DNA of 64,000 bases from a virus. This document shows, piece after piece, positions 16,256 through 24,034 of this stretch. The DNA is taken from positions 1 to 64,000 of IMG/VR virus record IMGVR_UViG_3300038312_000168, one strand, 5' to 3'. A program made the position numbers and the translations under genes. A model generated the notes under the pieces. The model saw nothing but the letters and a program-made list of their open reading frames with translations, ran no database searches and was not told the DNA's origin. Each line of letters starts with the position of its first letter. Position 1 is the first letter of the stretch.

Positions 16256-16513
16256 ATGAAGGTTGAAATGACAAAAAATAAGTATTCAGTAATCAAAGTA
16301 ATACGCATGGCAGAAATGTGTCAGTATGTCTTTACGTGCGTTAAGGATGGAATTGTCGAGTATCATTACCTGTATTGCGCTGATCTTCTCGAAGCGGTCA
16401 AGAAGCATGAGATGATTTATGGGTTTGAGTATCATGTGAGGAATGTTGAAGTTCAGGAGGGAAAATCACCCGATAGGTTTCAGTCTAAAATTGAGGATTA
16501 CATCATCTCCTAG
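16256..16513 (+). CDS. hypothetical protein (85 aa)
   Basis: Track start 16208 is GTG; first ATG 16256; stop TAG lies inside block 1 of repeat copy C. Confidence 0.45.
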   Translation: MKVEMTKNKYSVIKVIRMAEMCQYVFTCVKDGIVEYHYLYCADLLEAVKKHEMIYGFEYHVRNVEVQEGKSPDRFQSKIEDYIIS

Positions 16514-16640
16514 AATCAAAAAATTTACCCCTTTCTTTATATAGAAACATGCAAAATCCGACCCTATCTTTCAAAAATGGTATAATGATATGGTTGGAGA
16601 ATGTTGGTGTTTATTTTGCATGTTTTACTCTTCAATTTGG
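16510..16640 (+). repeat. copy C of five-copy intergenic element
   Basis: CTAGAATCAAAAAATTTACCCC / TTTATATAGAAACATGCAAAATCCGACCCTATCT / CATGTTTTACTC; lies between convergent genes 16256..16513(+) and 16654..16893(-). Confidence 0.75.
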
Positions 16641-16653
16641 GCTTATCCCAAAA

Positions 16654-16893
16654 CTACCATGAGAAGAGTGCAATGAGGAACCAAATGAAACCTGATAGTG
16701 CCTCACTTGCCGCACTCAACTTCATGTTCATGGTAGCAAATGTAATAGCGAGAGTGAAGAGTCCAATTGAAGTGAAGAGCGCGGTAAAAATGTTTACAGA
16801 ACCATTGTTGAAGATACAATCGTTCAGTTGAGGAAGAAGAGTAAACGAAAAAGAGAAACCAACGATACTAATGATTTTATCTTGCCATGTCAT
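16654..16893 (-). CDS. three-helix small membrane protein (79 aa), LPQ motif in first helix
   Basis: Three hydrophobic segments; ATG start; LLPQL in helix 1 is reminiscent of PQ-loop/SemiSWEET proteins (weak). Confidence 0.5.
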   Translation of the reverse strand: MTWQDKIISIVGFSFSFTLLPQLNDCIFNNGSVNIFTALFTSIGLFTLAITFATMNMKLSAASEALSGFIWFLIALFSW

Positions 16894-16905
16894 GTTCTAT
16901 TACCA

Positions 16906-17042
16906 TTCTCCCGGCAGGACTCGAACCTGCATTACCGGATTTATTCAGAGTGTGACAGGTGTTACCGCCCGCTTCAGGTTAAATTGTGAGTTTTACCCAC
17001 ACTCTTTCAAATTCCGGCATGATACCATTACACTACGGGAGT
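16906..17042 (-). tRNA. tRNA-Gln: tRNA-Gln(UUG) with ~66-nt intron at position 37/38
   Basis: Minus-strand cloverleaf: T arm GCAGG-UUCGAGU-CCUGC, anticodon stem CCGGA/UCCGG split by an insert (about 16941-17006) with long helix GAGUGUG/CACACUC next to 3-nt bulges; loop AUUUGAA. Acceptor 6 bp plus an A1.A72 mismatch. Confidence 0.75.
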
Positions 17043-17044
17043 GA

Positions 17045-17117
17045 TGACAACGAAGGGATTTGAACCCTCACTTGACAGTTTTGGAGACTGCTGCACTTCC
17101 GATTATGCTACGTTGTC
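17045..17117 (-). tRNA. tRNA-Trp: tRNA-Trp(CCA)
   Basis: Acceptor GACAACG/CGUUGUC, D stem GCAU/GUGC, anticodon stem GCAGU/ACUGU with loop CUCCAAA, T arm GAGGG-UUCAAAU-CCCUU; no encoded CCA. Confidence 0.9.
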
Positions 17118-17120
17118 TAA

Positions 17121-17201
17121 TGTGTCAGACAGGGTTTGAACCTGTGATACCCTTCGGCAAAGGATTTTAAGTCCTCCGTGTTTCCGCTCCACCACTGACA
17201 C
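17121..17201 (-). tRNA. tRNA-Leu: tRNA-Leu(UAA), class II with long variable arm
   Basis: Acceptor GUGUCAG/CUGACAC, anticodon stem GAGGA/UCCUU with loop CUUAAAA, 14-nt variable arm, T arm ACAGG-UUCAAAC-CCUGU. Confidence 0.9.
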
Positions 17202-17303
17202 GCTATTTACTTCATTACACGTTGAACAATAAATAACTTACGTTATATTCCTGATATACAAAAGGAAGGATTTAATTAACTATAATTAAAACACATAAGA
17301 TAT

Positions 17304-17705
17304 ATGATGAGTAATAGTTTATCTGATCTTGCTTATTGTGGTGGATTATTCGACGGTGAGGGATGTGTTACACTTACAAAAGACGGTGATTCAAATTATA
17401 GATTACGATTGAAAATAACATCAACTGATTATTCTGTTCTTGCGTGGTTACAAGAACATTTTGGTGGGTTTATACATCTTTCACATAAGGAAAGTGAATA
17501 CAATAAAGAATCATGGGATTGGTATTGTAAAACTGAAGATCAGATTGTGTTTCTGTTTGGTATTCTCCCTTACACTATAATCAAACGCGCACAAATCATT
17601 GAAGCATTGAATTATCATTTTGAAAAACAGAATGGTGGAAAGTTAACTGAAGATGAATTTGTATTACGAGAAAGATATTACATGAAATTAAAATCAATGA
17701 AATAA
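17304..17705 (+). CDS. free-standing LAGLIDADG homing endonuclease (single-motif type, 133 aa)
   Basis: N-terminal LAYCGGLFDGEGCV matches the LAGLIDADG/dodecapeptide motif; size typical of homodimeric I-CreI-like enzymes. Confidence 0.8.
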   Translation: MMSNSLSDLAYCGGLFDGEGCVTLTKDGDSNYRLRLKITSTDYSVLAWLQEHFGGFIHLSHKESEYNKESWDWYCKTEDQIVFLFGILPYTIIKRAQIIEALNYHFEKQNGGKLTEDEFVLRERYYMKLKSMK

Positions 17706-17842
17706 CCTCAAAATACTCTTCTTTTCTTTCTTCTTTTTATACTTAACCGAAAGGTTTATATAGTAGTAATTAAATATGTATATTATATTATATCTGTTTG
17801 TTAAATAGGTATAATAAACTATACTATACTATAGTTTATTTT

Positions 17843-17850
17843 TTTATATA
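17843..17850 (+). promoter_or_regulatory. TATA-box-like element of the late structural operon
   Basis: TTTATATA; predicted TSS ~17873, leaving a leader of only ~8 nt before ATG 17881. Confidence 0.45.
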
Positions 17851-17880
17851 GAGGGGTGAATAAAAATCGTTTCTGAACGT

Positions 17881-18951
17881 ATGTTTGTGGATGGACCTGT
17901 TTTCCCAATTGCACAGAAGAATAGAAATGGATGGGGTGTTCCTCACGATTCTATTGATTCTGCTATTTCTTCGTTAAAAACATCCGTAGTTCGAATTTGC
18001 CCCTCTATTTTTGGAGAGAGCGAACATCACTGTGATATTACGGGTAGCAGGAAGGATGAAATCGGTAAAATTGTTGATGCTTACCAGAAAGATAATGAGG
18101 TAAGAGCAGTTGTTGAGATTACTGATTCTACCGCTATTTCCAAGTTGAGTGATGGAACATGGGAACCTACATGGTCTGTGTTCGGTGGTGGTGTGCGTGA
18201 TTCTGATGGTTGGATTCATGGGTATACGAATGAATCGTTAACGTTTGTTAAAAAACCTGCATGGGAAACTGCTAAAGGTGAAATATTCTTTTCTGCAAGT
18301 GAAGATGAGCGATCAGAAGTAAAGAATTTAAAATCCTATACAAAACTTGGTTTAAACCAGGATAAAGAAGATAATAGTAAATTTTATGCTTCTCTTTTAA
18401 ATTCTGATGATTTCCTTACAGATAATTCATTTTCTGACACTATTGAAACTTTAAAAGGTGATTTTATGACTGATACTAATATTGAAAACACCCCTACTGA
18501 GGGTGTTGATTTTGAGAAGGTAGTTGCCTCGAAGGAAGAGGAGATTACCAAACTTAAGGAGCAGATTAAAACGATGGAGAAGGTGCAGGCTGCTGCTATT
18601 TTCCCTGACACGTTTGAAACCGTTGTCGCTTCTCGTATTGATGTTGCACTTAAGGCAGAGCGTGAGCGCATTGAAAAGGATCTCGCCCTGACTGATTACA
18701 AGAATGTGTGTGCCTCGCTTGAGATTGCACCCGAAGTAGAGCGGTTCCAGAGTGAGAAGTTTTCCGCTTCGGATGTGCGTATGCACATTGATCTTCTGAA
18801 TAAGGTTGCAGGTAAGCGTGAGAAAGTCGAAGCGGGCGCTCCTCTGTATTCCAATACCTCCGAAAAGAAGGGTGAGACTCCTGAATCGTTCCAGAATGAA
18901 TCTGGTTGGACTGTTGGTTATTACCGTGACGGTCAGTGGTTCGCAGAGTAA
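17881..18951 (+). CDS. putative prohead protease fused to scaffold-like coiled coil (356 aa)
   Basis: Position just upstream of capsid genes; N-terminal ~150 aa with H...IGKIVDA...S pattern reminiscent of HK97-family proteases; C-terminal half charged and coiled-coil (KEEEITKLKEQIKTMEK). Confidence 0.45.
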   Translation: MFVDGPVFPIAQKNRNGWGVPHDSIDSAISSLKTSVVRICPSIFGESEHHCDITGSRKDEIGKIVDAYQKDNEVRAVVEITDSTAISKLSDGTWEPTWSVFGGGVRDSDGWIHGYTNESLTFVKKPAWETAKGEIFFSASEDERSEVKNLKSYTKLGLNQDKEDNSKFYASLLNSDDFLTDNSFSDTIETLKGDFMTDTNIENTPTEGVDFEKVVASKEEEITKLKEQIKTMEKVQAAAIFPDTFETVVASRIDVALKAERERIEKDLALTDYKNVCASLEIAPEVERFQSEKFSASDVRMHIDLLNKVAGKREKVEAGAPLYSNTSEKKGETPESFQNESGWTVGYYRDGQWFAE

Positions 18952-18975
18952 AATAAATAATTGAGGTGAATTTAT

Positions 18976-19926
18976 ATGGGTTACTATGGTTTTGTCGAGC
19001 CGGATAATAAGGTTATTGCGTATGCGCCCAATTCTATTCTGATTCAGGAAGAGAAGGCAGAAGCAGCGACTATTAAGCCGGGCATGGTTGTAATGAAAGG
19101 CACGAATGATGATGATGTTGTCATTTGTGATGGAGTTTCTAAGGCACCGTTTGGTGTTGCAGGTTTCGAGCAGAGTTTCTTAGGCGCTGCATCATCTACG
19201 TCTAACCGCCCTGCTAATGTTAAGACTGCGTTTGCATCCGCTGCTCGCGTTCCTGTGCTTGGTGGTGGCGGTTTCGTTGCCATGATGACGCTTGCCCCTG
19301 GTGTTGGCACTGTTAAGGGCGATTTACTTGCATCTTGGGGTGGTGGAACGGTTGTTCCTGTTGTGCCTATGCCCGGAGGGTTTGGTGTCAGAATTCCGTT
19401 TGTTAAGAATACTTCTGAGACTGATACCGGCGTTGATCTTCCAGAGGGAATGATTGTTTCCGATGTCATTGTTCAGGTGACTAAGGAAGTTGCCGACGCT
19501 ACTATTGATGTTGGGCTTCTGTATGCAGAGGATTCTAATGGTGGTGACGCTGATGGTTTCCTCGATGCTGAATCGTGTGCTGCTGCTGGATTCGTGAAGC
19601 ACAATAATGTTGCTCTTACTTCTGCCGCCGCTGCTCTTACGCTTGGTGCATATCTGGTTGAAGCGGATATTAAAGATGCTACTGCTGAAACTGGAGCGCA
19701 GACTTGTAGGGTTCCCACATATCATGTTGTAAATAGTGGGCAGGTTTCTGTCTCGTATACTACTTCTAATAGTGCCAACCTTGCCGGTAACATTTACGTT
19801 GTGTGTGCTGCTCCTGGATTCCAGATTGTAGGGCGCGCTGAAGAGACTCTTGCACCTGTTACTGTTACTGCTGATAATGTTACGTCTTACGTCAGTCAGG
19901 CCGTTATGTCAAGGGTGTATATTTAA
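18976..19926 (+). CDS. Gly/Ala-rich capsid accessory (decoration-like) protein (316 aa)
   Basis: Between protease/scaffold and major capsid gene; IKPGMVVMKG...VVICDG...FGVAG resembles DUF2190-type head decoration proteins (weak). Confidence 0.35.
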   Translation: MGYYGFVEPDNKVIAYAPNSILIQEEKAEAATIKPGMVVMKGTNDDDVVICDGVSKAPFGVAGFEQSFLGAASSTSNRPANVKTAFASAARVPVLGGGGFVAMMTLAPGVGTVKGDLLASWGGGTVVPVVPMPGGFGVRIPFVKNTSETDTGVDLPEGMIVSDVIVQVTKEVADATIDVGLLYAEDSNGGDADGFLDAESCAAAGFVKHNNVALTSAAAALTLGAYLVEADIKDATAETGAQTCRVPTYHVVNSGQVSVSYTTSNSANLAGNIYVVCAAPGFQIVGRAEETLAPVTVTADNVTSYVSQAVMSRVYI

Positions 19927-19949
19927 ATATTTTTTGAGGTGACTATAAA

Positions 19950-20798
19950 ATGACTTTTCCCGTTGAATATTACAGACAGATAAAGGATGCCATTGTCTTT
20001 ACCGCGCGTAAACAGGCAGTAGCACGTAAGATTATTAATACCCGTAACATTTCCGGTGGCATTGGTGTTCAGCAGTGGACGTATGACACTGCAAATGAAG
20101 TTTCGGATGCTCTGCTTACGTATCAGTTCACTGACACGGCTGAGGATTGGATTGAACTTGCTCGTACTGACATTCCTATTCCGCTTCTGCATAAAGAGTT
20201 CCGTATTTCTCGTCGTGATCTTGCCGCTGCTGCTCGCGGTGGATTTGGTATTTCGACCGCTACTGTTTCGAGTGCTGCCTACAAGGTTATGAATCTTGAG
20301 AACCAGTTAATTCTTAATGGTTTTGCTGCCGATGGAACTAACTATGATATCAGGGGTCTTTACCAGAGTGCAGGTAATTCTTACACTGGTACTAATGACT
20401 TTGGAACTGCCGGAAAGCCGATTGAGGCGGTTGCAGGTGCCATTGATCTGATGCAGGCTGATAATATTACCGGCCCGTATAACCTTGTTCTGAATCCCAC
20501 GCAGTATATGGAACTTGCAATTTCGATTCTTGGTTCTGGTGCAGGTGAGCGTGAGATTGCAATGGTTAAGGAGATTCTTGAGGGTGGAAGTATTTATTCT
20601 ACGTCCTTCCAGACTGCCGGAACGGGTATGCTTCTTGCTGATGCTTCCGCCGGTTTCTTTGAGATGGTTGTCGCGCAGGATATGACCACTGAGACTGAGG
20701 TGCTTCAGAAATCTAAGGATCTTTGGGGTAGAGTTTACGAGTGTGTCATTCCTGTCGTGTATGACTCTAATGCGATTTGTAAGTTAACTACTATCTAA
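19950..20798 (+). CDS. major capsid protein, HK97 fold, encapsulin-like (282 aa)
   Basis: IPIPLLHKEFRISRRDLAAAARGG, AAYKVMNLENQLILNG and GPYNLVLNP match the family-1 encapsulin/HK97 signature; size and position fit. Confidence 0.8.
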   Translation: MTFPVEYYRQIKDAIVFTARKQAVARKIINTRNISGGIGVQQWTYDTANEVSDALLTYQFTDTAEDWIELARTDIPIPLLHKEFRISRRDLAAAARGGFGISTATVSSAAYKVMNLENQLILNGFAADGTNYDIRGLYQSAGNSYTGTNDFGTAGKPIEAVAGAIDLMQADNITGPYNLVLNPTQYMELAISILGSGAGEREIAMVKEILEGGSIYSTSFQTAGTGMLLADASAGFFEMVVAQDMTTETEVLQKSKDLWGRVYECVIPVVYDSNAICKLTTI

Positions 20799-20813
20799 GG
20801 TGGGTGATTTACA

Positions 20814-21203
20814 ATGTCTTGGAGTAATATTACAGAACTACGCGGTTTGGTAGAGACTGAAATATCAGACTCTACTCTCCAAGATATTCTTGATATTGCA
20901 CAGAGATACATTGAATCACGCATTGGCGTTCAATCAAACTCTACATATGAAATCCAAACGGCTCATCTTTTTAAATCAGCCGCACTCACCCTAAAGCGAA
21001 TGAAAACAAACGGCGAATTGCCGTATATGTCAAAATTGGGATCAGCCCAACAATATAATGAAATCGACGATATAATCAAAATGTATGAGAAAGAAACGTC
21101 ATCGTTAATTCGCAAATCAATTTTCAGTGTTCAGAAAGCCTCAACTGGATTACCATATGTTCGGTCAAGATGCAATTACGTTGAGGATGAAGAAAATGGA
21201 TAA
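20814..21203 (+). CDS. head-tail connector (gp6-like adaptor) protein (129 aa)
   Basis: N-terminus SNITELRGLVETEISDSTLQDILDIAQRYIESRIG is typical of the phage gp6-like connector family; follows capsid gene. Confidence 0.55.
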   Translation: MSWSNITELRGLVETEISDSTLQDILDIAQRYIESRIGVQSNSTYEIQTAHLFKSAALTLKRMKTNGELPYMSKLGSAQQYNEIDDIIKMYEKETSSLIRKSIFSVQKASTGLPYVRSRCNYVEDEENG

Positions 21204-21453
21204 TACGGAAACATGCGAATTACAACATTGTCGTTTACGGACTGACATTTTATGTGAAGTTCAGCGTAGGGAAGAGAAGCAGGATGAACGGTTCCTCGCT
21301 CTTATTGAAGAATTAAGACAAGATTGGAAAGAAACAAAGAAGGAAGTAAGTTCAATAAAAGACACAATGATTACGGGTTTTATTACGTTAATCATTACTA
21401 TTATTGGTGTTTTCGCTACTTACATTTTTATGAATGTTATTGGGTTCATTTAA
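21187..21453 (+). CDS. tail-anchored small membrane protein (88 aa)
   Basis: In-frame ATG 21187 overlapping end of upstream gene; charged N-part, single C-terminal TM (ITGFITLIITIIGVFATYIFMNVIGFI). Confidence 0.45.
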   Translation: MKKMDNTETCELQHCRLRTDILCEVQRREEKQDERFLALIEELRQDWKETKKEVSSIKDTMITGFITLIITIIGVFATYIFMNVIGFI

Positions 21454-21462
21454 GGTGGTTTT

Positions 21463-21843
21463 ATGCAACAGAGCGGGTTCAAAATGAATAATATACTGAA
21501 GAAATTGGGCGCTCTACATACTTTTCTTATACAGGAATCTACAACTCCCGCCGACACTTTTTATCAGGAATCCACCACTGAATATGAAGAAGTAAAATAT
21601 TGGGCAGTTGTTCTCCCTGCTCGTGCCTATGATCTTCACTCTAACGTTTTTGCCCGTTTAAATCGTTCTGGTACTGAACAATTTGGTATTATTAATATTT
21701 TCATTAGTATTACTGATGGTGATACGATTGTAATCAATCGAGATTATTATTCTGATTCTGTGGGGCGCTACCAAATTGTAGGAAAGGAAATCTACGGAAC
21801 ATCTTACTATCTTCTTGAGGCACACCTGGAGACTGCATCATGA
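21463..21843 (+). CDS. head-tail joining/head-closure protein (position-based, 126 aa)
   Basis: SD AAGGTGG 4-5 nt upstream; position between connector and gp10-like gene. Confidence 0.35.
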   Translation: MQQSGFKMNNILKKLGALHTFLIQESTTPADTFYQESTTEYEEVKYWAVVLPARAYDLHSNVFARLNRSGTEQFGIINIFISITDGDTIVINRDYYSDSVGRYQIVGKEIYGTSYYLLEAHLETAS

Positions 21844-22262
21844 AAACGGTGGTGTATGGTGTAGAAGAAACCAATGCTAAGATAAGTCAAATTCTTGCTG
21901 TTGTGCAAGATAATGTGGATAACACGCTTGATCTTTTCAGTGGTGATATGACGAAAGAAATCAAGGATTCAGCCCCGTATGATACAGGACGTTATATGAG
22001 TTCTTGGTTTTACGAGCGTAAAGAATCATTGAAGTATGCAATTATAAGTCAAAATTCTTACGTGCCTTACAACACGGTTCTTGTGTTTGGCACAGAGAAA
22101 TTCAAACCGATTGCCAATGAATCACGCTATAAGTATTCTGACTCTGATCGTGGTATTATCCATGATGTAAGACAGATTAAGTTTATATATAGTATTAAAC
22201 TTGGTCAATTAATTAAGCGTGTGAACTTAATAGGTGCAAACATATCATTAGCGGGGTTATAA
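21840..22262 (+). CDS. HK97 gp10-like neck/tail-completion protein (140 aa)
   Basis: KDSAPYDTGRYMSSW ... YVPYNTVLVFGT resembles the gp10 family signature (aP.dTG.L..S ... YA..vefG). Confidence 0.55.
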   Translation: MKTVVYGVEETNAKISQILAVVQDNVDNTLDLFSGDMTKEIKDSAPYDTGRYMSSWFYERKESLKYAIISQNSYVPYNTVLVFGTEKFKPIANESRYKYSDSDRGIIHDVRQIKFIYSIKLGQLIKRVNLIGANISLAGL

Positions 22263-22660
22263 TGGATATAGATGGTGTTTTAAAGGAACTTGCAGATTTT
22301 ATTGAAGAGAAAGTTCCAGAACTTGCAAATAAAGTTACTACCATTTATCCCGAATCAGAACGATTCGCTCCCCCTACTGTTGTAATAGACATTGTAGCAG
22401 GGAGAGCAACCCTAATTATTGATGGAGCAAAGACACATGAATTAGTGCGTATTGCAATCGTCTCTGATAAGAAGAGTGAAATCAATCGCATTTTTAAATT
22501 AATTACAGATGCGTTTTTGGATTATGGACGGGAACTTACATTAAGTGCATATGGCGGTGTAAGTTATATTTCTCCTGTTGCTCCTGCATTTGTAGAAAAG
22601 AATAGTGTTTTGAAACGCGAATTGGATATTATTGTAATTGAATTTAGAAAGAGAGGTTGA
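22262..22660 (+). CDS. tail terminator-like protein (position-based, 132 aa)
   Basis: TAATG overlap with upstream gene; immediately precedes tail tube gene. Confidence 0.3.
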   Translation: MDIDGVLKELADFIEEKVPELANKVTTIYPESERFAPPTVVIDIVAGRATLIIDGAKTHELVRIAIVSDKKSEINRIFKLITDAFLDYGRELTLSAYGGVSYISPVAPAFVEKNSVLKRELDIIVIEFRKRG

Positions 22661-22665
22661 ATTTT

Positions 22666-23589
22666 ATGGGACAAAACGCAGGTTATACTACAACCGTTGA
22701 ATATATTAAAGAGACTTCATTTGGCACAAAGCCTAATAATCCTGAAATGCAGTGGATAGGTATTGTTACTGATGCTAAGTTTACTGATAAACCGAAGTCA
22801 TTTTCCACGCGGTATTTTACGGATGCTGCCTACACTGATCCGAAGTCTGCTGCCTACAAGCACATTAAGACTGTAATGGAAGCGGGCATTGAGATTGAGT
22901 ATGTGCCACAGGACATTCTTGGTGGTTTCATTGGGTTTGCGCTTGGTGGTGATGATACTACTTGCACAGGACTTGCAGATGGTATTAATTCCGCTACGAT
23001 TGGTGCAATCATTACAGGTGGAACGAATAAGTATCTTCTCTACGAGGGATGTGTAGTTGATGAGTTTACGCTCTCGATTCCCGAAGATGATGTTCTGAAA
23101 TGTTCTGCTAAATTTACTGCTGCTGATGCTCCTGCTCCTTCTGCTACGGATTATAAGGGAACGGGTAGTAATGCAACTGAGAGCACCGATGCAATGCTTA
23201 CGTGTGATGATGTAAGTGACATTAAGTTAAGTGTAGACAATGGAACTACTTGGGCAAGTGCTACTGATATTGTGCGTGAGATTGAGTTATCTATCTCGAA
23301 TAAGAACGTTTATCTCAAGGATCTTGCATCTGCAAACAGCACCCACATTGCAGGTGTTGTGAACACGGGTAAGGACGTTAAACTTGGTCTTGAACTATAT
23401 TATGATGATCTTGACCTGCTCACACAGGTTCAGGCACTTACACAGTGTGGATTCAAGTTTACCATTGATGGTAAGACGTTTACGCTTACGGGAATTCAAT
23501 TCCCTGAATATCCCCTTGATGTTAAGCCTGATGAGGTTATTGGGGATAAGATTGAATCGCTGCAAATTACCGGGCTTACAATAGCCTAA
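22666..23589 (+). CDS. major tail (tube) protein (307 aa)
   Basis: Track start 22657 is TTG; ATG 22666 is 9 nt from GAGAGG. Canonical position upstream of chaperone pair and tape measure. Confidence 0.6.
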   Translation: MGQNAGYTTTVEYIKETSFGTKPNNPEMQWIGIVTDAKFTDKPKSFSTRYFTDAAYTDPKSAAYKHIKTVMEAGIEIEYVPQDILGGFIGFALGGDDTTCTGLADGINSATIGAIITGGTNKYLLYEGCVVDEFTLSIPEDDVLKCSAKFTAADAPAPSATDYKGTGSNATESTDAMLTCDDVSDIKLSVDNGTTWASATDIVREIELSISNKNVYLKDLASANSTHIAGVVNTGKDVKLGLELYYDDLDLLTQVQALTQCGFKFTIDGKTFTLTGIQFPEYPLDVKPDEVIGDKIESLQITGLTIA

Positions 23590-23611
23590 ATATTTTTTAT
23601 TACTGATTGTT

Positions 23612-24034
23612 ATGGTTGCAATTTCTATTAATAATGAAACGTATGAACTGTCTGATGAACCTTATCATGGTATTGTGCGTAAGGTTCGGAAGATGCAGAA
23701 AGCGATGCTTATTGAACTTCTATCCAGGTTCAAGGATGAACTTAACGATAGTATGAAAATTGAGGATGCTCTTGCCATGATTGCAAATAAGCATCCCGAT
23801 GAGATTATAGAATATTCAGAGCGTGAGGAAGATTTTATTGTTGTTACTACGATTTCTCTCGCTACCAATAAAATGTGGAATATAGAGGACTTTGACACTG
23901 TTCCTATTGGGAAAATGGATAAGATTTTCCAACAGTGTAAGGATGTTCTTGGCGGCGATGTGAACCGTTTTTTCAGAGGTTACGCGACGAATACACAGGA
24001 AGCGCCGAAGGAACTCAAGTTGAAGAAGAAGTAG
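23612..24034 (+). CDS. tail assembly chaperone (gpG-like, 140 aa)
   Basis: Position between tube and tape-measure genes; contains slippery heptamer near its 3' end. Confidence 0.65.
   Translation: MVAISINNETYELSDEPYHGIVRKVRKMQKAMLIELLSRFKDELNDSMKIEDALAMIANKHPDEIIEYSEREEDFIVVTTISLATNKMWNIEDFDTVPIGKMDKIFQQCKDVLGGDVNRFFRGYATNTQEAPKELKLKKK

Noticed and set aside
16906-17042. tRNA-Gln as a pseudogene because of the A1.A72 mismatch
   Set aside because: All other stems, the T-loop, U33, and the intron position and helix are intact. It was kept as a functional tRNA call, but with reduced confidence.
19044-20292. Antisense and alternative-frame ORFs in the capsid genes (19044..19469, 19324..19725, 19473..19718, 19923..20192, 20056..20292)
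   Set aside because: They are a consequence of the locally higher G+C (fewer stop codons). The sense frames carry recognisable capsid motifs.
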